This document shows, piece by piece, positions 42,678 to 53,698 of a stretch of 64,000 nucleotides of DNA; the stretch's first letter is position 1, and each line of letters begins with the position of its first letter. Location of the stretch: contig JASGJN010000011.1 in NCBI GenBank assembly GCA_049840735.1, forward strand, positions 71,951 through 135,950. The letters are read 5' to 3'. The notes under the pieces are model-generated. The model was not told the DNA's origin and did no database searches. It saw only the letters and a program-made list of their open reading frames with translations. The translations under genes were made by a program, and so were the position numbers. This DNA comes from Anaeromyxobacter sp. (GTDB lineage: Bacteria > Myxococcota > Myxococcia > Myxococcales > Anaeromyxobacteraceae).

Positions 42678-43964
42678 GTGAGTACCCACCGTCCCCTGGC
42701 CGCCAGCTGCGTGGAGATCTGGCGGGCGGCGCTGGCGCGGATGCAGGCGGCACGCCTCGTGAAAGAGGCGCTGGCGGCCGATCCGCTCCCGCCCGGCCCG
42801 GTGCGGCTCCTGGCGCTGGGGAAGGCCGCTGCGCCCATGCTCGAGGCCGCCGTGGAGACCCTGGGCGACCGCGCCCGCGACCTGCTCTGCGTCACGCCGG
42901 AGGGCACACCCCCGCCCCGCGTGGCCGACCCCGGCGCCCAGCTCCTGCACGCGGGCCACCCACGCCCAACCGAGGCCTCCGTGGCCGCCGGGGAACGGCT
43001 CCTCGACTGGTCCCTGCGCGGTGGAGGCACCCCCGCCCTGGTGCTCCTGTCTGGCGGAGGCAGCGCGCTGGCGGTGGCCCCGGCCGACGGCGTCCCGGCG
43101 GCGGACAAGATCGACGCGCTGGCCGCGCTGATGCGGGCCGGGCTGACCATCGGGGCGCTCAACACGGTCCGCAAGCACCTCTCCCGGCTCAAGGGCGGCC
43201 AGCTCGGCGCGGCCCTGGCGCCGGCCCCGGCGCGGGTGCTGGTCCTCTCCGACGTCCCAGGCGACGACCTCTCCACCATCGCCTCCGGCCCGCTGGCCCC
43301 CGACCCGACCACGTTCGCCGAGGCCCTGGCCCTGGCCCGCGGCGCCGGCGTGGCGCTGCCGGCCACCGTGGTCCGCCGCCTGGAGCTGGGCGCCGCCGGC
43401 GCGCTGCCGGAGACGCCCGCGCCGGGCGACCCGCGGCTGGCCGGCGTGCGCCACCACCTGCTGGCCGGCCCGGTCGAGCTGGCGCGGGCCGCCGCCGAGG
43501 CCGCCCTGGAGGCCGGGTTCCAGGCCGAGGCCGACCCGGCGCCGCTCGCCGGCAGCGTGGAGGAGGTGGCGGAGCGGCTGGCCGCCTGGGCGGCGACCGG
43601 GGCCGGCCAGGGGAGGCGGCTCTTGGCGATGGGCGGGGAGCCCACCGTCCGGCTTCCCGCCTCGGCCGGCGCGCCCGACGGCGGCCGGGCCCAGCACCTG
43701 GCGCTGCTGGCGGCGCTGCGGCTGGAGGGACGGCGCGCTGCGTTGCTGGCCGCCGGCTCGGACGGCCGGGACGGTCCCACCGAGCAGGCCGGCGCGGTGG
43801 TGGACGGGGAGACGGCAGCCGGGGCTCGCCGGCTCGGGATCGACCTCGCCTCGGCGCTGGCCGCGGCCCGGTCCGGCCCGGCCGCCGTGGCGATCGGCGC
43901 CGCCCTGCCGCGGAGCGATACCGGCACGCACCTCTGCGACCTGGTGCTGGTCGCCGTCGAGTAG
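42678..43964 (+). CDS. Glycerate 2-kinase / hydroxypyruvate reductase (MOFRL family)
   Basis: GKAA, HPRP, LSGGGSAL, RKHLSRLKGG, SDVPGD, GGE, GSDGRDG. Confidence 0.88.
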   Translation: MSTHRPLAASCVEIWRAALARMQAARLVKEALAADPLPPGPVRLLALGKAAAPMLEAAVETLGDRARDLLCVTPEGTPPPRVADPGAQLLHAGHPRPTEASVAAGERLLDWSLRGGGTPALVLLSGGGSALAVAPADGVPAADKIDALAALMRAGLTIGALNTVRKHLSRLKGGQLGAALAPAPARVLVLSDVPGDDLSTIASGPLAPDPTTFAEALALARGAGVALPATVVRRLELGAAGALPETPAPGDPRLAGVRHHLLAGPVELARAAAEAALEAGFQAEADPAPLAGSVEEVAERLAAWAATGAGQGRRLLAMGGEPTVRLPASAGAPDGGRAQHLALLAALRLEGRRAALLAAGSDGRDGPTEQAGAVVDGETAAGARRLGIDLASALAAARSGPAAVAIGAALPRSDTGTHLCDLVLVAVE

Positions 43965-43996
43965 AGCCGCGGCGGGCGATCGCGTATACACCCGCC

Positions 43997-44923
43997 ATGC
44001 GCATCGTCTTCATGGGCACGCCGGCCTTCGCGGTCCCGGCGCTGGACGCGCTGGTCCGCGGCGGCCACGCGGTGGTGGCGGTGGTGGCCCAGCCCGACCG
44101 GCCGGCCGGCCGCGGCCAGGCGCTGCGCGAGCCGGCCACCAAGGCCTGGGCCCGGGATCACGGCGTCCAGGTGCTGCAGCCGGAGAAGGTGCGCGACGGC
44201 GCGCTGGCGACCGCGCTGACGGCGCTCCGCCCGGACGCGCTGGTGGTGGCGGCCTACGGCCGGATCCTCGGCCCGGACCTGCTGGGCCTGGCGCCCCACG
44301 GCGCCCTCAACATCCACGGCTCGCTGCTGCCGCGCTGGCGCGGCGCCGCGCCCATCCAGTGGGCCATCGCCAGCGGGGACGCCGAGACCGGCGTCACCAT
44401 CATGCAGATGGACGAGGGGCTCGACACCGGGGACATCCTGCTGCAGCGTCCGCTGCGCATCGGCCCGGAGGACACCGCCGAGACCCTGGCGCCGAAGCTG
44501 GCGGCGCTGGGCGGCGAGGCGCTGCTGGAGGCGCTGGCCGCCAGGGCCGAGGGGCGTTCGCTGCCGGTGAAGCAGGACCCGGCGCAGGTGACGCTGGCCC
44601 GCATCCTCGAGAAGGAGGACGGGCGCGTCGACTGGACCCGGCCGGCCGCGGTGGTGGCCGCCCGGCTGCGCGGCTTCACCCCCTGGCCCGGCGCCTTCAC
44701 CACCCTCGACGGACGCATGGTGAAGATCCTGGCCGCGGCCGCCGCCGGCCACGAGCCGGGCCAGCCCGGCGCCGCCGCCCGCTGCGCCCACGGCCTGATG
44801 GTCACCTGCGGCCAGGGCACCGGCCTGCTGGTCACCCGCGTGCAGCCGGAGGGCCGGCCGGCCCAGGACGCCCAGGCGTTCCTCAACGGGCTGCGCACCG
44901 ACGCGCTCACCCTCGGCACCTGA
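43997..44923 (+). CDS. fmt: Methionyl-tRNA formyltransferase
   Basis: MRIVFMGTP.FA, QPDRP, NIHGSLLPRWRGAAP, GLDTGD. Confidence 0.97.
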   Translation: MRIVFMGTPAFAVPALDALVRGGHAVVAVVAQPDRPAGRGQALREPATKAWARDHGVQVLQPEKVRDGALATALTALRPDALVVAAYGRILGPDLLGLAPHGALNIHGSLLPRWRGAAPIQWAIASGDAETGVTIMQMDEGLDTGDILLQRPLRIGPEDTAETLAPKLAALGGEALLEALAARAEGRSLPVKQDPAQVTLARILEKEDGRVDWTRPAAVVAARLRGFTPWPGAFTTLDGRMVKILAAAAAGHEPGQPGAAARCAHGLMVTCGQGTGLLVTRVQPEGRPAQDAQAFLNGLRTDALTLGT

Positions 44924-44931
44924 CGCGCCCC

Positions 44932-46291
44932 ATGCCCCGTCCGCCCCCCGCCCGCGCGGCCGCCGCCAGCCCCGCCCGCCGCCTCGCCTTCGACGTGCTC
45001 CGCCGCGTGGAGGAGGGCGGCGCCTACGCCTCCCGCGCGCTCGACGCCGCCCTGGACGCGGCCGGCGCGCTCGAGCCGCGCGAGTCCGGCCTCGCCACCG
45101 AGCTGGTCTACGGCACGCTGCGCCGCGCCCTCGCGCTCGACGCCGCGCTGGCCCCGCACTCGCGCCGCCCGCTGGCCGAGCTGGATCCCGCCGCCCGCAT
45201 CGCGCTGCGCATGGGCGCCTACCAGCTGCTGGCGCTCTCCACCCCGGCCCACGCCGCGGTGGGCGAGACGGTGGAGCTGATGAAGGCGGTGGACAACGGC
45301 CGCGCCGCCGGCTTCGTCAACGCCGTGCTGCGCGCCCTCTCGCGCGCGCCGCAGATGGGCGGAGGCGCCGCCGCTGGCGGAGGACCCGGCCGGCCACGTG
45401 GCCGCCGCCGAGAGCCTGCCGCGCTGGCTGGCGGAGGAGTGGGTGGCGTGGCTCGGGGCCGAGGAGGCGCTGGCGCTGGCCGCGGCGCTCAACGCGCCCG
45501 CCCCGCTGACGGTCCGATCGCCGCGCCGCGACGAGCTCGTGGAGCGCGCCCGCGCCGCCGGCCTGGCCGCCGCGCCGTGCGCGAACGCGCCGGAGGGGCT
45601 GACGCTGACCGGCACCCCGGTGGCCGGCCTGGCCCGCGCCGCCGGCGGCCTGCCGTTCCAGGTGCAGGACGAGGCCGCCCAGCTGGTCTCGCTGCTCTCG
45701 GTGTACGAGCTGCGCGGCCAGAAGGTCCGCGTGCTCGACGCCTGCGCCGCCCCCGGCGGCAAGGCCTTCCACCTGGCCGAGCTGCTCGGCCCCGGCGCGG
45801 AGGTGGTGGCCATCGAGCTGCACCCGCGCAAGGCCGACGTGCTGGCGGCCGAGGCCGCGAAGCGCGGCCTCACCGGCGTGCGGGTCATCTGCGCCGACGC
45901 CTCGAAGCCCATCCCCGGCCTGCAGGAGGGGAGCTTCGACGCCGTGCTGGTGGACGCCCCCTGCGCCGGCCTGGGCACGCTGCGCCGCCACCCAGAGCTC
46001 AAGGCCCGCCGCGTCGCCGCCGACCTGCCCCGGCTGGCCGCCATCCAGCTGGCCATCACCCGGCAGATGGCGCGCTACGCCCGGCCGGGCGCCCCCATCA
46101 CCTACTCCATCTGCTCGCTCTCGCGCGCCGAGGGGCCCGAGGTGGTGGCCGCCCTCGCCGCGGAGGGGCTCCGTCCGGTGCCGCCCCCGGCCGGCTTCCC
46201 CCCGGCGGTGCTCACCCCGGCGGGCGAGCTGCTGACCCTGCCCAGCCGCCACGGCGCGGACGGGTTCTACGCCGCGCGAATGGCGCGGTGA
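44932..46291 (+). CDS. rsmB: 16S rRNA m5C967 methyltransferase RsmB (frameshift ~45357)
   Basis: NusB-like N-terminus (ELVYG, FVNAVLR); QDE, DACAAPGGK, DAPC, YSICS. Confidence 0.88.
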
Positions 46292-46321
46292 GTGACGCAC
46301 CGCGCTGTTAGGATCCCGTCC

Positions 46322-46999
46322 ATGGCGCTCCCCATCCGCATCGCCCCCTCCATCCTCTCCGCCGACTTCGGCCGGCTGGCCGACGAGGTCCGCGCGGCCG
46401 AGGCCGGCGGGGCCGACTTCATCCACGTGGACGTGATGGACGGCCGCTTCGTCCCCAACATCACCATCGGCCCGCTGGTGGTGGAGGCGGTCCGCAAGGC
46501 CACCAAGCTCCCCATCGACTGCCACCTGATGATTGTCGAGCCGGAGCGGTACGTGGAGGCCTTCGCCAAGGCCGGCGCCAACCTCATCTCCGTGCACGCC
46601 GAGGTCTCCCCGCACCTGCACCGCACGCTGCAGGTGATCCGCGGCGCCGGCGCGCGCCCGGCGGTGGCGCTCAACCCCTCCACGGATCTTTCCGCCGTCG
46701 AGTACGTGCTGGGCGATTGCGAGATGGTGCTGGTCATGACCGTCAACCCCGGCTTCGGCGGCCAGAAGTACATCGAGGCCTGCACCGAGAAGGTCCGGCG
46801 GCTGCGGGCCATGGCCGACGCGCGCGGCCAGGCGCTGGAGATCGAGGTGGACGGCGGCGTCAACGTCGACACCGCCGCCAGGGTCTGCGCCGCCGGGGCC
46901 AACGTGCTGGTGGCCGGGACGGCCGTCTTCGGCGAGAAGGATCGCGCCAGGGCCATCGCCGCCATCCGCGGCGAGGGGCAGCGCGGGCAGCGCGGATAG
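46322..46999 (+). CDS. rpe: Ribulose-phosphate 3-epimerase
   Basis: APSILSADF, HVDVMDG, MTVNPGFGGQ, EVDGG. Confidence 0.97.
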   Translation: MALPIRIAPSILSADFGRLADEVRAAEAGGADFIHVDVMDGRFVPNITIGPLVVEAVRKATKLPIDCHLMIVEPERYVEAFAKAGANLISVHAEVSPHLHRTLQVIRGAGARPAVALNPSTDLSAVEYVLGDCEMVLVMTVNPGFGGQKYIEACTEKVRRLRAMADARGQALEIEVDGGVNVDTAARVCAAGANVLVAGTAVFGEKDRARAIAAIRGEGQRGQRG

Positions 47000-47070
47000 C
47001 GCGCCCCCGCGGCTCCCCGCCGCGCTATAGACTGACCCCGCGCGCCGTCCCGGCGCCAGGGGAACACCAC

Positions 47071-47843
47071 ATGACCTGCTGCCGAGCTGCGCTCCCGCTG
47101 GTCCTCGCGCTCGCGATGGGCCGCGCCACCGCCGTTCGCGCGCCGCAGTCCGGCGGCGCCGCGTCCGCGCACGCCGCCGCCGTCGATCCGGCCCGGCTGC
47201 AGCCCGCCGGCCCCGAGGCGGCGCGGACGGTCGAGATCTACGTCACGCCGTACTACACCAGCGCCAGCAAGCCAGGCGGCCCGCCCGACGAGGTGAACGT
47301 GTGGGGCGTGGTGGACGGCGCGCTCGCCTCCACGCGCCCGGAGGACATCCTGGCCGCGCGCGACCTGATCGCCTCGCGCCCCCAGAACGTGAGCCCCATG
47401 ACGCTGACCGTCCTGGGCATCCGCCTCTATGACATCGGTCAGCGCGACGAGGCCGCGTTCTGGTACTACGCGGCGCGCGAGCGCTTCCGCGTCGCGGAGG
47501 CGGTGCTTGCCCCGTGGGTGATCGGCACCTCCACCAGCACCATGGCGCCTTCAGCCAGCTGTTCGGCCCCTACGTGAACGGCTACGTGTTCTGTGATCCG
47601 GACGCCTACGGCCCCATCCTCACGCGCGCGGTCGAGTGGAACGAGCAGCACCCCTACGGCGCCATCTTCAACCCCGAGCTGGAGACCCGTCCCGGCGACA
47701 AGCAAGCCAACCTGGACAAGGCGCTGGCCGAGCGACGCGAGTACCTGCGCCTGTCCATCGCCGCGACCAGCACGCCGGAGTTCCGCGCCGAGCTGTCTAA
47801 GCGCGCCGGGAACGGCGCGGACGCGCGCTACTGCTGGCGCTGA
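47071..47843 (+). CDS. Hypothetical secreted protein (frameshift ~47545)
   Basis: Signal-like N-terminus; RLYDIG.RDEAAFWYY; the frames join at TM/GAFSQLFGPYVNGY. Confidence 0.55.
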
Positions 47844-47853
47844 GCCGGGGGAC

Positions 47854-48360
47854 TCAGCTTCGGTCGTCGCCCTCGCGCGCGCGCTCGACCCGCTCCACCC
47901 GCACCCGCGCCACGCCGTCGTGGACCATGCCCAGCTTCTTCGCGGCGGCGAGCGACAGGTCCACCACGCGCCCGCGCGCGTAGGGGCCGCGGTCGTTCAC
48001 CACCACCACCACGCTGCGCCCGTTCTCCAGCGAGGTGACCTTGAGCCGCGTGCCGAACGGCGCGCGGGGGTGGGCGCAGGTCAGCGCGTGCATGTCGTAG
48101 CGCTGGCCGCTGGCGGTGCGCCGCCCGTGGAACTTGTGCGCGTAGAAGCTGGCCATGCCCTCCTCGACGCCGGGCGGGCGGGCCTCCTCGGGCGCGCGGT
48201 CCGCCTCCTCCGGCGTGCGGCCCGGCCGGTCCTCGGCCTGCTGGCCTGCGGCTGGCGGCCGCCCAGGCGGGCGCGCGGTCGCCTGCTCGGCGGGTGGACG
48301 GTGGGCGCACGCGGCGGCGGTCACGAGCGCCAGGAGCGCCGCGAGCCGCCAGGCCCTCAC
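47854..48360 (-). CDS. rlpA: RlpA-family septal lytic transglycosylase lipoprotein
   Basis: Lipobox AAAC; GMASFY, TASG, VNDRGP, DLS. Confidence 0.85.
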   Translation of the reverse strand: MRAWRLAALLALVTAAACAHRPPAEQATARPPGRPPAAGQQAEDRPGRTPEEADRAPEEARPPGVEEGMASFYAHKFHGRRTASGQRYDMHALTCAHPRAPFGTRLKVTSLENGRSVVVVVNDRGPYARGRVVDLSLAAAKKLGMVHDGVARVRVERVERAREGDDRS

Positions 48361-49025
48361 CGCGCGCGCCTCCGGAAGGCGCGCCGCACCTCGGGGTGCT
48401 CCGCCAGCCGGCGCAGCGCCTGGGCCAGCAGCGTCTTGCCGGGCTCCACCTTGAACCAGGTGGAGGCGCCGGACGGGTGAGGGAGCGGCAGGACCTCGGT
48501 GTGCACGCCATGGTACTGCACCTTGAAGCTCTTCCCGACCACGGCCGCGATGGGCTCCGCGTGCCCCATGACCTCCGAGATGGCCAGCCGGCCCACCGGG
48601 ATCACCAGCCGGGGCTCCAGGATCTCCACCTCGCGCGCCACGTAGCCCCGCCACTGCGCGCACTCGGCCGGGGACGGCAGCCGGTCGCCGCCGCCCGGGG
48701 CCTTGCCCGGGAAGCAGCGCACCACCGCGGAGATGTAGATCCGCTCGCGCAGCGTGGCCTCGTCGGCGCCGGTGGCCTCGCCCAGCCAGCGGAACAGCGT
48801 CTTGCCGGCGGTCCAGGCGAAGGGGCGGCCGTACTTGGCCTCGTGGGGCCCGGGCGCCTGACCGATGAGGAAGATGCGGCTCGGCACCGGCGGGCCGTGC
48901 ACCGGCGGGCCGAAGCCCGGGGGCTGGAACGCGCGCAGCTCGCGGTGCACGGCCTCCAGCCGCCGCACCACCTCCGCCCCGGCGTCTCCCGCGCGCCGCG
49001 CCTTGCCCGCCGCCGCTACCGCCAC
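48357..49025 (-). CDS. Uracil-DNA glycosylase superfamily protein
   Basis: LIGQAPG, RCFPGK, LPHPSG. Confidence 0.85.
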   Translation of the reverse strand: MAVAAAGKARRAGDAGAEVVRRLEAVHRELRAFQPPGFGPPVHGPPVPSRIFLIGQAPGPHEAKYGRPFAWTAGKTLFRWLGEATGADEATLRERIYISAVVRCFPGKAPGGGDRLPSPAECAQWRGYVAREVEILEPRLVIPVGRLAISEVMGHAEPIAAVVGKSFKVQYHGVHTEVLPLPHPSGASTWFKVEPGKTLLAQALRRLAEHPEVRRAFRRRAR

Positions 49026-49949
49026 GGCTCCTCGCGGACCGAGTGGATCCAGCCCTCGGAGCGCGGGACGTTGGACGGCACGCCCACGAAGTTGTCGGCC
49101 CAGGCCGCGGCGGCCGCGGTGGCGGCCATCACCGCCTCCAGGTGCTCGCCGCCCGGGTCCTCGACGATTTGCGCCGCCTGCTCCATCTCGAACTCCACCC
49201 GCGCCGCCGAGCGGAGCGTGCGCAGCACGCCGGCGCGCGTGGAGGAGCGGGAGACGCCGTCGCGGTCGTCGTCGCGGTAGGCGCACACGCCGCACACCGC
49301 CCGCGCCACGTGCGCCGGCCGGACCTCGACGATCACCGGCTTGCCGGTGCCCGGCGGATCCCAGGGCGGGAAGGTCGCGTCGATGCCGGCCAGCGTGCAC
49401 AGGCCGAAGAAGGTCTGGCGGAAGGTGCGGGCGCTGGTGGGCAGGTAGAGCTCGGCCCGGTAGCAGTCGGTGACGCGCGGCCGGTCCTTGCCCAGCTCGG
49501 CCCGGAAGCGGACCGCGCCCTCGGTGAAGTCGCCCGCGGAGCCGAGGAAGCGGTCGGCCAGGTGCTGGCCCAGCGTGGCCGGGCCCCGCAGCGCCTGGCG
49601 CAGGAGCCCCAGCTGCCGCAGGTGCGTCTCGGCCAGCGAGAGCGCGAAGTCCACGCCCACCACCAGCCGCCCCTCGGCCCACTTCGCCTCCTCCGCCAGC
49701 CAGGCGGCGAAGCGCGCACGGATGTCGACCCGGCCCGGCGCGTCGGTGAAGGGGTGCCAGAGCCGTGTGAGGCGGACGCGGTCCGGCTCGCACTCCAGCT
49801 TGGCGGCGATGATCTCGGTTCCCGGCGCCCTCGTGCCCGCTCCAGCGCAGCCCGAGCACCACGCCGCGGTCCGGGAGAAGGACCCGCGGCGGCGGGGCGC
49901 GGCCGTGGAGTGCGCTGGGTCCGCTCGCTGCCTCGTTTTCGGTCGCCAT
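49016..49949 (-). CDS. DUF429-like (RNase H fold) protein (frameshift ~49816)
   Basis: [26 protein letters not shown] pattern. Confidence 0.5.
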
Positions 49950-50144
49950 GCGTTGGGCCCGGACAGAGAGAAAACTCCAGCCGGGTGAAGCGTTTATCGG
50001 CCCGGTGCCGGCCCCTGTCAACCGACACCTCCCGGGACCGGCGCACGCTTTCGCCTGCGCCGCAGGGGTCTTGGACACCCCGGATCCCGCATGGGGCGAG
50101 CACTCTTCCGCTCGGGGTCCCCCGTGCCTAACGTCCAGGCAGCC

Positions 50145-50507
50145 GTGAGTTCACCTGCCCGCATCCTCGTCGTCGAAGACGACCTCGCCGTCCGCGAGAC
50201 CATCGTCGAGGTGCTGGCGGACGAGGGCTACGACGTCAGCTCCGCCGCCAACGGCGCCGAGGCGCTGCAGCGGCTGGCCGGCGAGCTGCGCCCCGACCTG
50301 ATCGTGCTCGACCTGATGATGCCGGTGATGGACGGCCCCACCTTCCGCGCCCGGCAGCGCACCGATCCGCGCCTGTCCGGCATCCCGGTGCTGGTCCTGT
50401 CCGCGTCGCACCGCAACGAGTTCGCCGGCGGACCGCTGGGCGAGGCCTTCCTGGCCAAGCCCTTCGATCTGAAGCGGTTCGTGGACACGGTGCACCGGTT
50501 CTGCTGA
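50145..50507 (+). CDS. Single-domain response regulator
   Basis: ILVVEDD, LDLMMPVMDG, LSA, KPF. Confidence 0.88.
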   Translation: MSSPARILVVEDDLAVRETIVEVLADEGYDVSSAANGAEALQRLAGELRPDLIVLDLMMPVMDGPTFRARQRTDPRLSGIPVLVLSASHRNEFAGGPLGEAFLAKPFDLKRFVDTVHRFC

Positions 50508-50826
50508 TTCCCGCGACCGCGCTGGGAGAGGACCGAAGACCCCGGAGCGCCCCACGTAGCCCGCGCGGCGAAGGCCACGCAAGTCCCGGAGCGCCGCAGG
50601 ACGGCCACGAAGCGAGGACTTTCGCGGAGGCCCGCATCACAGACGGACCAGGTACGCGCGCGGCACGCGTCCAGCGGTGCGAGCCGGGCACCCGTCCAAA
50701 GGGCCCTGGACGAACGCCAGGTCCACGCGGCGCGGGAAGGGACCACTCCGTGGTCGGCCAGGGCCCTGCGTTGTGTCCGGCGAGCGATGACACGGAGTCC
50801 GGCCCGCGCGCGGAGCGCCGCGAACA

Positions 50827-50880
50827 GCCGGGCCGCAGCAAGTCCGAGCGAAGCGGCCGTTCCGGAGGCGCGCAGGGACG
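50827..50880 (-). repeat. Dispersed repeat family 2, copy A
   Basis: ~54 bp matching 56629-56683 with 3 differences. Confidence 0.75.
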
Positions 50881-50935
50881 ACGCCGGCCGCCGCCCCGAC
50901 AGGGCCGAAAGGGTAATGTGAAAGGACGCGACCCC

Positions 50936-51590
50936 CTAGGCCGCAGGCGGGATCCGCTGGACGAGGCGCGGGCCTCGGGCGACGCCAGAGGCGGTTCGGG
51001 CCCGCCTTGCGGGCCCGAACAGCGAGGCGCGCCGCCATCAGCACCCCGATCACCGTGGCGAAGATGAGCGGCTCGCGCTCGTCCGCCTTCACCCGCCACA
51101 CGAAGTGCACCACCCCCAGCCCGGCGGCGACGTAGACCAGCCGGTGGAGCCGCTTCCAGCGCGCGTAGCCGAGCCGCCGCACCCACCGATCCGTGGAGGT
51201 GACCGCCAGCGGCACCAGCATGAGCCAGGCCGCGAAGCCGACCGCCATGAAGCGCCGCTTCACCACGTCCTTCACCAGCAGCGGCCAGTCGAAGAACTGA
51301 TCCGCGCCCACGTACCAGAGCAGGTGGAGCGAGGCGTAGCTGAAGGCGAACAGCCCCAGCATGCGCCGCACGCGCACCGGCCAGGCCAGCCCCAGCCACT
51401 CCTTCGCCGGCGTGGGCACCAGGGAGGCCGTGAGCAGCACCAGCGTCCAGAACCCCAGCCGGTTGAGGATGGCCTCCACCGGGTTCGCGCCCAGCCTGTC
51501 GGTGAAGGCGCCGAACACCATCCAGGCCAGCGGCCCCGAGGCCAGGGCGAAGGTGGTGAGCTTCAGGGCTCGGATGCCGGCCGGTCGCAT
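50936..51590 (-). CDS. msrQ: Methionine sulfoxide reductase heme-binding subunit MsrQ (apparent frameshift ~50950)
   Basis: RRMLGL..F.Y..LH, LAVTS, WKRLHRLVY; downstream of msrP. Confidence 0.88.
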
Positions 51591-51601
51591 GGCGCTTACG
51601 C

Positions 51602-52546
51602 TCAGTACAGCTTGCGCGGATCCATCCCGCGGTAGAGCCCCGCCACCTGGTCGGCGTAGCCGTTGAACGGGAGGGTCTTGCGCCGGAAGAACTCGCCGAT
51701 GCGCCGCTCGCGCGCCTGGCTCCAGCGCGGGTGGTCCACCTCCGGGTTCACGTTGGCGTAGAAGCCGTACTCGTCCGACGCCATCTGGCTCCAGGTGGTG
51801 GGGGGCTGCTGCTCCTGGAAGCGGATGCGGACGATCGACTTGATCCCCTTGAACCCGTACTTCCACGGCACCACCAGCCGGATGGGGGCGCCGTTCTGGT
51901 TCGGCAGCGCGCGGCCGTAGAGCCCCACCGCCAGCAGCGTCAGCGGGTGGGTGGCCTCGTCCATCCGCAGCCCCTCGCGGTAGGGCCAGTCCAGCACCCG
52001 CCGCTGCTGCCCCGGCAGCTGCTCCGGGTCCAGCAGCGACTCGAAGGCCACGTACTTCGCCCGCGAGGTGGGCTCCACCCGCTTCACCAGCTCCGCCAGC
52101 GGGAAGCCCACCCACGGGATGACCATGGACCAGGCCTCCACGCAGCGCATCCGGTAGATCCGCTCCTCCAGCGGGAACCACCGCTGCAGCGCGTCCAGGT
52201 CCACCCGCTGCGGCTTCGCCACCTCGCCCTCGATCACCACCGACCACGGCCGCGGCTTGAGCGAGCCGGCGTGCAGCGACGGGTCCGCCTTGTCGGTGCC
52301 CAGCTCGTAGAAGTTGTTGTAGGTGGTGACGTCGTCCCAGGCCGTCGGCGCCTCGCCGCCCGCCTGCTCCGAGCGCTTGGCCACCGCCAGCGCCGCGCCG
52401 GTGGGCTCGCCGCCGCGCGCCAACCGCGGCGCCAGCAGCGCGGTCGCCCCCGCCGCCCCCAGCGCCAGGAACTCGCGCCGGCGGAGGTAGAGCGCCTCCG
52501 GGGTCACGTCACGCTGGGTGAGCTCGTCGCCGGGTCGCCGCGCCAT
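51602..52546 (-). CDS. msrP: Methionine sulfoxide reductase catalytic subunit MsrP
   Basis: Tat [37 protein letters not shown]. Confidence 0.95.
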   Translation of the reverse strand: MARRPGDELTQRDVTPEALYLRRREFLALGAAGATALLAPRLARGGEPTGAALAVAKRSEQAGGEAPTAWDDVTTYNNFYELGTDKADPSLHAGSLKPRPWSVVIEGEVAKPQRVDLDALQRWFPLEERIYRMRCVEAWSMVIPWVGFPLAELVKRVEPTSRAKYVAFESLLDPEQLPGQQRRVLDWPYREGLRMDEATHPLTLLAVGLYGRALPNQNGAPIRLVVPWKYGFKGIKSIVRIRFQEQQPPTTWSQMASDEYGFYANVNPEVDHPRWSQARERRIGEFFRRKTLPFNGYADQVAGLYRGMDPRKLY

Positions 52547-52704
52547 GGCCGTCCTCCGCCCCGACGGCCTGGCCGCCGGGCCGCCCTGTCATAACCGCGG
52601 GCGGCCGGGCACGCCGCCGCCCGGGTTCGAGGGACAGTCTCCGGAGGCCGCCAGGCGTTACGCGCGGCCCTCGATCGGGCCCGCCGCGACCGCCGGGCGC
52701 CCGG

Positions 52705-53689
52705 CTACTTCTTCGCCGTGCGGCACTGGTCGCGCGCGGTGCGGAGCTGGTCGAAGAACTCGGCCGGCACCACGCCCCCGCGCACCGCCGGGACCGTCTT
52801 CTCCATGGCGGTCCGCCAGGCCGGCGCGTCACCCTGGGTGACCTTCAGCCCCTGCTTCTGCATGGCCGAGACCGCGTCGGTGTTGAGGCGGCGGACCTCG
52901 ACGTCCACCTTGGCCCCCAGCTCCTTGGCGATGGCCAGCAGCTTGGCCCGGACGTCCGGGGCGATCTCTCTCCCAGGTGTCCTTCCGCACCAGCGTGGCG
53001 CCGATCATGTACGACCAGGGCGTGTCCATCATGTACGGCGCCTTGTCGTAGAGCCGGGTGGTGAGGACGTAGAGCGGCACGTTGGGGACGCAGTCGATCA
53101 TGCCGGTCTGGAGCGACGGCACGATGTCGGACGAGGAGAGCACCACCGGCTTGAGGCCGGCCAGGCGGAAGGCCTCGACGCTCTTGGGGTCGCCCTCCCA
53201 GGCCCAGATCTTGGCGCTGGCGGTGTCCGACGGCGCGCGGTGCGGCTGGTTGCAGAAGAGGTGGATGGCGCCGATCTTCGACCACTGGATGGCCACCAGC
53301 CCGCGCTTGTCGAGCGCGGCCTCGATCTGCGGCCGGACCTTGTCGAAGGCGCACTCCATCTGCGCCTCGTCGTCGAACAGGAACGGCACCGAGAGCCCCT
53401 GCGGCTCCGGGATGACGTCGTGCATGCCGACGTTGGAGATGGAGGCGGCCTGCAGCTGCCCGATCCCCATCTTGCGGACCATCTCGCCCTCGCTGCCCTG
53501 GGCGCCGCCGGGGTAGATGCGCAGCTTCACCTGCCCGCCGGAGGCCTGCTCCCAGCGCTGCCCCATCTCGCGGAGGAGGTCGTGCCAGGTGGAGCCCTGC
53601 GGCGCCAGCGTCCCCAGCTTCACGGTGACCTGGGCCTGGGCGGCCGGACAGAGCGCCGCGATCAGGGCGGCGAGAGCGAGCTTCTTCAC
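52705..53689 (-). CDS. dctP: TRAP solute-binding protein DctP, TPAT P-component (frameshift ~52968)
   Basis: Signal peptide; KLGTLAPQGS.W, YPGGAQGSE, SLQTGMID. Confidence 0.85.
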
Positions 53690-53698
53690 GTGTTCCCC

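Noticed and set aside
50600..50625. GAAAGTCC on the minus strand, reminiscent of RNase P RNA
   Set aside because: Lacks the GAGGAAAGTCC context and the 3' ACAGAA..CGGCTTA pairing partner
50637..50935. Long C-terminal extension of MsrQ in the ORF track
   Set aside because: Removing one base at the GATC near 50950 gives a TAG at 50936; the extension has non-coding composition
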